Shown piece after piece: positions 52,442-59,904 of a DNA stretch of 64,000 nt; the first letter of the stretch is position 1; each line of letters starts with the position of its first letter. Source of the stretch: Candidatus Sulfomarinibacteraceae bacterium (GTDB lineage: Bacteria > Acidobacteriota > Thermoanaerobaculia > Thermoanaerobaculales > Sulfomarinibacteraceae); contig CAWCLO010000010.1 of NCBI GenBank assembly GCA_963796455.1, positions 384,001 through 448,000 of the forward strand, written 5' to 3'. Below the pieces are notes generated by a model that was not told where the DNA came from, searched no databases, and was given only the letters and a program-made list of their open reading frames with translations. Both the position numbers and the translations under genes were made by a program.

Positions 52442-52567
52442 TCACACCTTCGGGTTCAACAGTCGCCAGGTGATGGCACGGACCTGATCGAGCTCGAGCG
52501 CGATTCCTGCTGCTTCGAGGACCTTCGAATAGGCAACGAGGAGGGTGTTCGCGGCGGCGTTGGACAT
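52442..52567 (-). pseudogene. In-frame internally deleted four-helix-bundle gene (41-aa mini-ORF)
   Basis: GGAGG-5nt-ATG; MSNAAANTLLVAYSKVLEAAGIALEL fused to DQVRAITWRLLNPKV, the same C-terminus as copy C. Confidence 0.65.
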
Positions 52568-52571
52568 GGTT

Positions 52572-52633
52572 ACCTCCGGGTCGTTCATGTCCTGACCCAC
52601 CGGCTGCCCCTTCCTGTTGAACGACCCGGAGGT
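52572..52633 (-). promoter_or_regulatory. 16-bp perfect hairpin sequestering the mini-ORF Shine-Dalgarno
   Basis: ACCTCCGGGTCGTTCA-30 nt-TGAACGACCCGGAGGT; the 3' arm contains GGAGG immediately before the ATG. Confidence 0.75.
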
Positions 52634-52879
52634 GGCTATTTCGCCGCATGCACTCCAGACTGCTGCAGCTGCTCTCCGTCGCTGAACACGGACCGCTGTC
52701 CCTGTTCGCTGTTGCCTGTCCCTGACGCTGTACCCTGTCGCTGCCCCGCTAACTGTTGCTGACGATGCCTGAAAAAAGGACCATCCGACTTTGGACTGCT
52801 GACGTTCTTCCCTGTTTTTGCGCCCGGAGGCGCCCGCTGCCCGGGGTACAATCGCGCTGAACCAATCTCGGAGGCAGTC

Positions 52880-53272
52880 ATGAGCCATGCACCGGTCGCC
52901 GTCGTCCGCGGTCAGAACACTATCGAGGCCATCAAGGTACCGCGTTGTCGAGGCGCATCGATGCAGGTCCTGTTGGGCGAAGAAAGCGGCGTGCCGAACT
53001 TCATCACGAGGCTTTTCACTCTCGAGGCGGGGGGGCGAATTCCCTGCCATCGCCACGACAGCATCGAACATGAGCAACTGGTCATTGCGGGCACCATGAT
53101 CATTGGTCTCGGCGGCAAGGAGACGGAGGTCACTGTCGGAGACAGCGTCTTCATCCCGGCCGGTGTCGAACACTGGTACGAGAATCGATCCACCGATGCC
53201 GTCCAGTTCGTCTGTGTCGTCCCCCGCACCGAGGATTACCAGACCGAATGGCTCGAAGGAAAGGCCGGATGA
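52880..53272 (+). CDS. Cupin domain protein
   Basis: P.H.H...HE....G and GD.VFIPAG..HWY.N cupin motifs. Confidence 0.88.
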   Translation: MSHAPVAVVRGQNTIEAIKVPRCRGASMQVLLGEESGVPNFITRLFTLEAGGRIPCHRHDSIEHEQLVIAGTMIIGLGGKETEVTVGDSVFIPAGVEHWYENRSTDAVQFVCVVPRTEDYQTEWLEGKAG

Positions 53273-54012
53273 GCACTGGTTCATCAGGCACGGCTGAAAC
53301 GCCGGGATCATCCAAGGAAACCGTGACCCTCGGCCCCTGTGTCGTCGGCCTGACCGGCGGTCTGGCTTCCGGAAAATCGACGGTTGCAGCGATCCTCGGC
53401 GACCGGGATGTGCCGATTTTCGATGCCGATCGAGCGGTCCACCATCTGTACCGACCCCAGGGCGCGGGATCGGCCGCCGTGGCGGAGCTCTTCGGCTCCC
53501 ATGTCCTGACCAAAGAGGGGGGCGTCGACCGCGATGCCCTGGCCGCCCTCGCCCTCGGTGGGGCTTCCGAACGCCGTCGACTCGAGGAGGCGATTCACCC
53601 CCTCGTCCGCAAGGCGGTGGCAGACTGGATTACCGCCCTGGATCCGCAACCGGTGGCCGTGGTGGAGGCGGCCTTGCTGATCGAGACCGGTTCCTATCGG
53701 GAATATGACGTGCTGCTCGTGGTCTGGTGCCATCTCCACCAACAGTTGCAGCGCGCCATCGCCCGCGGCGTACCGGCCGAACGTGCGCGCAAGCTGATTC
53801 ACGCCCAGATGCCCCTCGACGACAAACGGGACCTGGCCGACGTGGTCATCGACAACAGCGGGGACGAGGCGCGCCTGGAGATCGAAGTCAAGCGGGCATG
53901 GTCGGAGATTCGCACCAAATGCGGCCGCAACCCGAAGGCGAATGAGTCCAAGGGCGAATCCAGGGAACCAGATTCCCGCACCACGAGGCACGAGCGCCGC
54001 CGTTCACGTTGA
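53269..54012 (+). CDS. coaE: Dephospho-CoA kinase
   Basis: VGLTGGLASGKSTV, DAD, DR..L, LE..IHP.V, EAALL.E and D.VIDN.G motifs. Confidence 0.93.
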   Translation: MSTGSSGTAETPGSSKETVTLGPCVVGLTGGLASGKSTVAAILGDRDVPIFDADRAVHHLYRPQGAGSAAVAELFGSHVLTKEGGVDRDALAALALGGASERRRLEEAIHPLVRKAVADWITALDPQPVAVVEAALLIETGSYREYDVLLVVWCHLHQQLQRAIARGVPAERARKLIHAQMPLDDKRDLADVVIDNSGDEARLEIEVKRAWSEIRTKCGRNPKANESKGESREPDSRTTRHERRRSR

Positions 54013-54032
54013 GGGGCATCCGGTACCCCGCC

Positions 54033-54612
54033 TCACTGCTGTCCAAAACAAATCGTCATGTGGGTTTGCCCGCCTGACAACACGTGGTTTGCGGATCGGT
54101 GTTTGGCATATCCGGTTCGCGGTTGCCCGCGTCCGCGTCCGAATTACAGCGGCAGCGACAGTGTCCAGCGTCAGGGACAGGCAACAGCGAACAGGGACAG
54201 CGGTCCGTGTTCAGCGACAGGGAACAGCGATCAGGAGTCCAGGCGACGACATGGCCACCTCCGGGTCGTTCAACAAAAGGGGTAGCCGGTGGGCGGCCGA
54301 GTCGGTAGCGACCGGTCGAACCACTGGAGAATCGCCTACGCCTCGGCCAAAGAGGTCGACAGCCACTTGGAGCTCCTCGCCCACACGGGGGCGATCAGCC
54401 GGAATGGAGCCAGTGAAGCGATGATGGCCGTCGATCAGGTTCGTGCCATGACATGGCGGCTTCTGAACCCTAAAATGTGAGCGCTGTTTGCTGTCGCTGA
54501 TCGCTGTTCCTGATGACTGAACGCTGCCGCTGACTCCTGCTCGCTGTCGCTGTCCGCCGTGCCCGTCGCTGTCCCTGACAGCTGTCAGAGACCCTGTCGT
54601 GGACATGAGTGA
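54033..54612 (+). mobile_element. Copy C (most complete) of four-helix-bundle-derived TIR-bounded element
   Basis: Left TIR 54033-54050 and right TIR 54595-54612 match 14/18; flanking CCCGCC direct repeat (54027-54032, 54614-54619); CAG-rich 5' arm and CTG-rich 3' arm. Confidence 0.7.
54295..54480 (+). pseudogene. C-terminal half of four-helix-bundle (23S rRNA IVP / TIGR02436-like) protein
   Basis: GRVGSDRSNHWRIAYASAKEVDSHL...DQVRAMTWRLLNPKM resembles the family R.A.GS..E helix; RBS, ATG and N-terminal half are deleted. Confidence 0.65.
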
Positions 54613-54697
54613 TCCCGCCTCATGGGCGTTACGACCGGCAACCCCCCGCAAATCCCGTTCTTGCAGGAGGCGAGGTAGAAAGCGACAGCTGTTTTCT

Positions 54698-54772
54698 ATC
54701 TGCGCTCATCTGCGTGATCTGCGGTTTGTGATGACTTCGAGTGCGATGCAATTCCTAAATCCTCATTCCTAA
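54698..54772. repeat. Short tandem repeats ATCTGCG x3 and A(T/A)TCCT(A/C) x3
   Basis: ATCTGCG at 54698, 54708 and 54717; ATTCCTA-AATCCTC-ATTCCTA at 54751-54771. Confidence 0.6.
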
Positions 54773-54778
54773 CGAGCC

Positions 54779-55699
54779 CTACAAGCCCCGCCGCAACCTC
54801 GCCGCCTTGACCGTGTTGGCCATCAACATGGCGATGGTCAGCGGACCGACCCCACCAGGGACCGGGGTGATCCGACCCGCTTTCGGCGCCACCTGCGTGA
54901 AGTCCACATCACCGGCAAGCACCGCGCCACGACGCTCGAAGGCCGCGAGTTTTTTCTCGTTGCCCGGCCAGAGCTCCTCGACGGTTTCGAGATCCGTGAC
55001 CCGGTGCATCCCCACATCAACCACCACCGCTCCCTCGGCCACGTGCTCGGGACCGATCAGAGATCGCACCCCGACCGCCGCGATCAGAATCTCCGCCTGG
55101 CGGGTGACTGCGGGAAGATCATGGGTCCGGGAGTGACAGAGGGTCACTGTCGCATGCGAGTGCAAAAGCAACAACGCCATCGGTTTTCCTACGATATCGG
55201 AGCGGCCGACAACAACCGCCCGCCGGCCTTTGACGGGGATACTTTCCCTGTTGAACATCTCCATGATGCCGGCTGGAGTACACGGCGCGAATCTCGGGCG
55301 TCCCTGTTGCAGGAGACCGACATTCTCCGGGTGAAAACCGTCAACATCTTTTGCCGGATCGATACGATCGAGGATGGCCGCGGTGCTGATGCCCGAGGGC
55401 AGGGGCAGCTGGATCAGAATTCCGTCCACCTCGGGGTCCCGGTTGAGACGGTCGACCAGATTTTCGAGTTCATTCTGGTCGGTTTCGTCCGGCAACATGT
55501 GGGTCTCGGATTTCATACCAAGCTTGGCAAGGGTCTTCGCCTTGGATCCCACATAGACCCTGGACGCCGGGTCGTCCCCCACGAGCACCGCATCGAGTCG
55601 GGGAACAACACCCCGTCGCGAAAGCCCCGTGACCTCAGATGCGACCTCTTCACGGATCTCCGAGGCGATGCGCGAGCCGTCGAGCAGTTTATCTCGCAT
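54779..55699 (-). CDS. folD: Bifunctional methylene-THF dehydrogenase/cyclohydrolase
   Basis: VGDDPAS..Y..SK, GILIQLPLP, KDVDGFHP, PCTP.G, GRSDIVGKP and TPVPGGVGP.T motifs. Confidence 0.97.
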   Translation of the reverse strand: MRDKLLDGSRIASEIREEVASEVTGLSRRGVVPRLDAVLVGDDPASRVYVGSKAKTLAKLGMKSETHMLPDETDQNELENLVDRLNRDPEVDGILIQLPLPSGISTAAILDRIDPAKDVDGFHPENVGLLQQGRPRFAPCTPAGIMEMFNRESIPVKGRRAVVVGRSDIVGKPMALLLLHSHATVTLCHSRTHDLPAVTRQAEILIAAVGVRSLIGPEHVAEGAVVVDVGMHRVTDLETVEELWPGNEKKLAAFERRGAVLAGDVDFTQVAPKAGRITPVPGGVGPLTIAMLMANTVKAARLRRGL

Positions 55700-56426
55700 C
55701 GACCTCGCCCCCTTTTGTCATTTTGCCATCATTCATACGGACACCCTCGTATAAGGACGCTACACCCCCGGTCAACGGCCGGACACAGACCTGACCGAGA
55801 CCCGCAGCCTCGAGTTTACGGCACATCACGACACCATCCGGAAAGGTGCTGACCGACGCCGGCAGATAGGAGTAGGCCTCGGCGTCGCCGGACAAGAGAC
55901 GTCCGACCCGAGGCGGTACGTTTCGCACCCACCATCCGAGAAGCGGCGCCAGTTTTCCGCGGGGTTGAGAGAATTCGAGAACAAGGAGCAAACCACCGGG
56001 GCGCAGGACCCGCACCAGTTCAGACAGCCCCGCCGGCAAATCGGCAAAATTACGAACACCAAATGCAACCGTGACCACATCAACAGACTGCGATGCGATG
56101 GGCAGCGCGAGGGCATCGGCATTGATCAGCGGGAGAACGCGCCGATCGGCTGCGGCCTTGGCTCGCGCCAACTCGAGCATCGGCAGACAAAAGTCGGCAC
56201 CGATGACGCGACCACTCGTGATCGCGAGGGCGACATCGCCGGTGCCGGTACAGAGATCGAGCACCAGAGAGGGTCGGGCGGCCGCGACCCGTTTCGAGAT
56301 GATGCGCCGCCACCTGATGTCGTTGCCAAGAGAAAGGACACGATTGAGCAGATCGTAGCGATGGGCGATGCGGGCAAACATCCCCTGGATCTCGCCGGTC
56401 TCTTTGCTGAGTAGCTCCTGCCGCAT
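55689..56426 (-). CDS. ubiE: Ubiquinone/menaquinone C-methyltransferase
   Basis: MF.RIA.RYD.LN.VLS.G.D..WR, LDLCTGTGD, FGVRN, RVL.PGG.L..LEFS and AY.YLP.S motifs. Confidence 0.92.
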   Translation of the reverse strand: MRQELLSKETGEIQGMFARIAHRYDLLNRVLSLGNDIRWRRIISKRVAAARPSLVLDLCTGTGDVALAITSGRVIGADFCLPMLELARAKAAADRRVLPLINADALALPIASQSVDVVTVAFGVRNFADLPAGLSELVRVLRPGGLLLVLEFSQPRGKLAPLLGWWVRNVPPRVGRLLSGDAEAYSYLPASVSTFPDGVVMCRKLEAAGLGQVCVRPLTGGVASLYEGVRMNDGKMTKGGEVDAR

Positions 56427-56513
56427 GGCGCGCAGGGTAACACGGGGTTGAAGGACCGGCGACGGAAACTACTGACAGGCGTTCCCATCCTTCGCCCAAT
56501 AATTCGATAGGCA

Positions 56514-56612
56514 GTTTTGAGTTATGAGTTTTGAGTTTTGAGGTCGGAACTGCGACACCATATATCAAGACGAAGGAGGTCAACTCAACTCTCAAACCTC
56601 AAAACTCAAACC
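56514..56612. repeat. Inverted heptamer tandem arrays (GTTTTGA)4 ... (TCAAAAC-like)4 around a 43-nt core
   Basis: 56514-56541 GTTTTGA/GTTATGA x4; 56585-56612 TCAACTC-TCAAACC-TCAAAAC-TCAAACC. Confidence 0.8.
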
Positions 56613-56641
56613 TGAACCGGATAGTCCGCCGCTCCAAGAGA

Positions 56642-57196
56642 TCAGCCGCCGGTAAGGGCTTTTCGGAGCGCGGTGAAGGCCCGGTGGCGATGGGAAATCC
56701 GATTCTTTTCATCCTCATCCATCTCACCATAGGTGAGCCCGCCATGACCCGAAGGGGCGAAGGTGCTGTCCCAGCCGAAACCTCCATCACCGCGCGGCCG
56801 GCCGACGATCTCTCCCTCGACGACCCCTTCACCGAACACCTTGGATTCACCATCGCTCGCGCAAACCAGACAACGTGCAGTGGCTCGCGGATCGCCGAAA
56901 GCGTGGACGATTCTACACAGACCCTCCGCGCCCACACTGATCAGGAGCCAACGGACGAGCGGGCCCGGAAAACCACCCAGCGCGGCAAACTCCAGCGCAG
57001 TGTCTTCAACGATGACCGGCCGCCCCAACACCGCCCTTGCCGCCTCCACCTTGGAGAGAACCACCTCGCTCAGATCGAGTGATTGAATTTCGGGAAGATC
57101 GAGGCCGTGATGATCCAGGGAACGACCGAGAACTGCTTCCGCCTCGCGCAGCTTGCCCTGATTCGAGGTGACGAAAACCAGGTCGTCAAAATCCAT
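56642..57196 (-). CDS. rdgB: Non-canonical purine NTP pyrophosphatase (RdgB/HAM1)
   Basis: VTSN.GK..E, LPEIQ, VEDT.L...ALGG.PGP, GFGWD..F and EKN.ISHR motifs. Confidence 0.9.
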   Translation of the reverse strand: MDFDDLVFVTSNQGKLREAEAVLGRSLDHHGLDLPEIQSLDLSEVVLSKVEAARAVLGRPVIVEDTALEFAALGGFPGPLVRWLLISVGAEGLCRIVHAFGDPRATARCLVCASDGESKVFGEGVVEGEIVGRPRGDGGFGWDSTFAPSGHGGLTYGEMDEDEKNRISHRHRAFTALRKALTGG

Positions 57197-58773
57197 CAGG
57201 CCTTTGCCTCGGGATCTCCGACCGCTCCGGAAACCACCCGGTGAATACTGATCTTGCGGCTCAGACCCTTGAGCTGGACCGATCCCAGTGGTTCCGTCGC
57301 AATCGAATCACCAACCTGCTCCTTGGTGGTTTCGCCAAGGACGATGGTGCCCGGTTTGGCGACGTGCTCTTCGAGCCGTGCGGTCACGTTAACGGTGTTG
57401 CCGAGAACGGTGTAGTCAACCCTTGTGGCCGATCCGATGTCGCCCACAACAACCGGCCCGGAGTTGACTGCAATGCGGACCTCGATCCGGTCAAGCCCTT
57501 CCGATTCTCGTTTGGTGTTCCACTCGTCGAGAGCCGCTACCAACTCCACCGCTGACCGAACGGCGCGGAGGGCATGGTCCTCTTGCGGCAGCGGAGCTCC
57601 AAAGAAGGCCATGACCGCATCACCGATGAATTTATCGAGAGTTCCACCGTGTTTGAAAATGATATCGGCTGCGAGCGAGAAGAACTGGTTGAGAAACGCG
57701 GCCACCTCCTCCGGGGGAAGGACCTCGCACCGGGCGGTAAAACCGACGATGTCGGCGAATAGAATCGATGTCTCGCGCACCGTCACCGAAGCCTGATCTT
57801 CGCCGGATTCCGACAGGACGGCCTCGATCACCGCTGGAGAGTGATAGCGTTCGAGGCGGTCGCGAGCCTGTCGTTCGCGACGAATCCTCTCGTTCAGCCG
57901 AGCCCGTTCGATGGCCACCGCCGCATAATTCGACAGCGCCGTCAGGAGATCGAGATCGGAAGCAGAAAACGAACCCACATGGAGCGGTGAATCGACGTAG
58001 ATGACACCGATGACCCGTTCACGGTGCCACAAAGGAGCGCACATGGCCGAGCGGATCTGATGGATTCGCACCGAGCGGCCGGCCTCGAAGCGCTGATCTG
58101 CCTGCGCATCATGGGTCAGGATCGCCACCTGTTGTTGCGTGACCATATCGAGGATCGTGCGTGAAATCGGGACCTCGTCGTCGCCAGTCCCGCCCGATTC
58201 GCGGAAGCGCTTCAACTCCAATTGTGGCTCACCATCGTCATCAAAGAGCACGATAAAGCCGCGATCCACCATGAGTTGGTCGAAAACCAGATCCATCACC
58301 TTCTCGAGCACCGGTTGGAGGTCCTCGACCTGAATCAGGACCTTGGCCACCTGGGCGAGGATCTCGAAAACCCGCTCGCGGGCCCCGACTTCTTTGGAGA
58401 TCTCCTGCGGCCTGCCTTCGAGACCGTAGTCCTGATTGAACTCCGACAAAGGCCTCATGTAGGTCGCAGAGGTCAGCCCGGAGGCCTCCGTGTCCGCGCC
58501 TTCGACCAACAACTCGAAACTGCCAACCCCAAGCTGGTCGCCGGCGCCAAAACCGCCCGAGGGTACGAAGTCTTCGTTAATCCGAACCCCGTTGGTGGAA
58601 TCGAGATCCACCACCCGGAAGCCGCCATCGGATTCCTCGACCCGTGCATGATGGCGCGAAACCGAAAAATCACGCAGCACGACATCGTTGTCTGAGGAGC
58701 GACCGATGGTCAGACCATCCCGAACCGGAATCCGGTGGGTCACGCCGCCTTCTTCGAATAGAAGCTCCAACAT
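57196..58773 (-). CDS. FHA-GAF-class III adenylate/guanylate cyclase
   Basis: FHA (IGR...ND......SVSRHHA, DL.STNG), GAF (IRSAMCAPL, GVIYVD) and cyclase (FADIVGFT, DKFIGDAVMAFFGAP, DYTVLG.TVN..ARL) motifs. Confidence 0.92.
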   Translation of the reverse strand: MLELLFEEGGVTHRIPVRDGLTIGRSSDNDVVLRDFSVSRHHARVEESDGGFRVVDLDSTNGVRINEDFVPSGGFGAGDQLGVGSFELLVEGADTEASGLTSATYMRPLSEFNQDYGLEGRPQEISKEVGARERVFEILAQVAKVLIQVEDLQPVLEKVMDLVFDQLMVDRGFIVLFDDDGEPQLELKRFRESGGTGDDEVPISRTILDMVTQQQVAILTHDAQADQRFEAGRSVRIHQIRSAMCAPLWHRERVIGVIYVDSPLHVGSFSASDLDLLTALSNYAAVAIERARLNERIRRERQARDRLERYHSPAVIEAVLSESGEDQASVTVRETSILFADIVGFTARCEVLPPEEVAAFLNQFFSLAADIIFKHGGTLDKFIGDAVMAFFGAPLPQEDHALRAVRSAVELVAALDEWNTKRESEGLDRIEVRIAVNSGPVVVGDIGSATRVDYTVLGNTVNVTARLEEHVAKPGTIVLGETTKEQVGDSIATEPLGSVQLKGLSRKISIHRVVSGAVGDPEAKA

Positions 58774-58839
58774 TTGCGTTCATTGTACCGCTGTTGCCGC
58801 CCGCCGCAGCGAATACCGACCGAGGATTTCCTGATGTGG

Positions 58840-59871
58840 TTATTCGGAATTCGGTTGCGGCGCGGGGCCGAACCACGCCAGGAGTCGTGACCGCTGGTCC
58901 TTTGATTCTTTGTCTTCATCTTTCAAAGACGAGAACTCGACCCATGGGCCACCACACGAATACAACTGGCGAGAGGCCAGCATCACCCACCTTGCAGTCC
59001 CGCCTCGAAGCACCTTGAGCCAGATTTCGCACCCCTCCGGCGCCAAAGGATCGACGCCGGTCAATCCCATCATGGTGATGTTTCTTCGCAGGACCGCCTC
59101 ACCCTCTACCGCACAACCTTCACCCCGCCAGGATTGAAGAGAATGTTCGAATGAAGCCTGCGCGTCCTCGAAGACGTGCGGCCCCCAGGCTTTCCGAATG
59201 CCGCTCAGTTGGACAATGAAGCGACTCAAAGACAGGCCCTCGATCAATCGCAACAAGCTGATTCGGGTGTGCGTGTCGGCCGACAGCTCATAGGCCTCCA
59301 CCAACAAACCGAGATCACGGACATCGGCCGCCTGCTCCACAGCCCGCAGACACATCGCCTTTGAACGATTGAACTTCACCTGCCCCCAACCAGGCATTTC
59401 CAGACCCTCGTGGGCCAGGATCGACTGCAGCCAGACTTCGATCAGGGGACGCCGGCGGAGAACCTCGGCAAGGAAATCCATCTCTTCGGCAAGGGCGCGC
59501 GCTGCGGTCAAATCGACTCCACCGGAAATATTCGGCCGACCATCAAAAAGAAGCCTGCGATAACCGTAGACTGCCGCCTGGCGAAGACGGGGCGCCTCCG
59601 ACTCCACCGCCTCACGGTAGGCCGGTAGGAGCAGTGGATCGTGGAACGCGGCACCACCGACAAGCAGCGCCACCCTTTGCTCTTCGGAGAGTTCGGCCGT
59701 ATTCCAGATTTCGAGTAGGCGCGTCGGACCGGGCCAACTCGCCATGACCCGACTCTCGAGGCGATCTCGCACAACGCTCTCGTAGTAGTCCCCTGGAAAA
59801 TACTTCATCGTATCGATCGACAACATCGAGGTCGTCATCCCACAAACCAGGAGCAGCGCGGTGATCGGCAT
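58840..59871 (-). CDS. Hypothetical secreted alpha-helical protein
   Basis: 343-aa ORF with N-terminal hydrophobic segment and RBS; possible HEAT-like segment (LRQAAVYG). Confidence 0.55.
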   Translation of the reverse strand: MPITALLLVCGMTTSMLSIDTMKYFPGDYYESVVRDRLESRVMASWPGPTRLLEIWNTAELSEEQRVALLVGGAAFHDPLLLPAYREAVESEAPRLRQAAVYGYRRLLFDGRPNISGGVDLTAARALAEEMDFLAEVLRRRPLIEVWLQSILAHEGLEMPGWGQVKFNRSKAMCLRAVEQAADVRDLGLLVEAYELSADTHTRISLLRLIEGLSLSRFIVQLSGIRKAWGPHVFEDAQASFEHSLQSWRGEGCAVEGEAVLRRNITMMGLTGVDPLAPEGCEIWLKVLRGGTARWVMLASRQLYSCGGPWVEFSSLKDEDKESKDQRSRLLAWFGPAPQPNSE

Positions 59872-59904
59872 GAATCCTCACCTTTCCATGCGAGGATAAA
59901 CGGG

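Larger units (their letters stand above)
52382..52803 (-). mobile_element. Copy B of four-helix-bundle-derived TIR-bounded element
   Basis: Right TIR tcactcctgtccaagaca (52382-52399, + strand); 53-nt exact match (52678-52730) to copy C in inverted orientation; RBS hairpin plus internally deleted ORF; degraded left end near 52789-52803. Confidence 0.7.

Noticed and set aside
52442..53311. 289-aa minus-strand ORF
   Set aside because: Mostly antisense to the cupin gene plus element arms; only the last 41 codons have an RBS and family resemblance
54105..54121. TGGCATATCCGGTTCGC in the leader of copies A and C as a sigma54 promoter
   Set aside because: GG-to-GC spacing is not the required 10 nt and TTGC is absent; conserved, but function unassigned
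56514..56612. CRISPR array
   Set aside because: Units are 7-nt tandem repeats without unique spacers, and there are no cas genes
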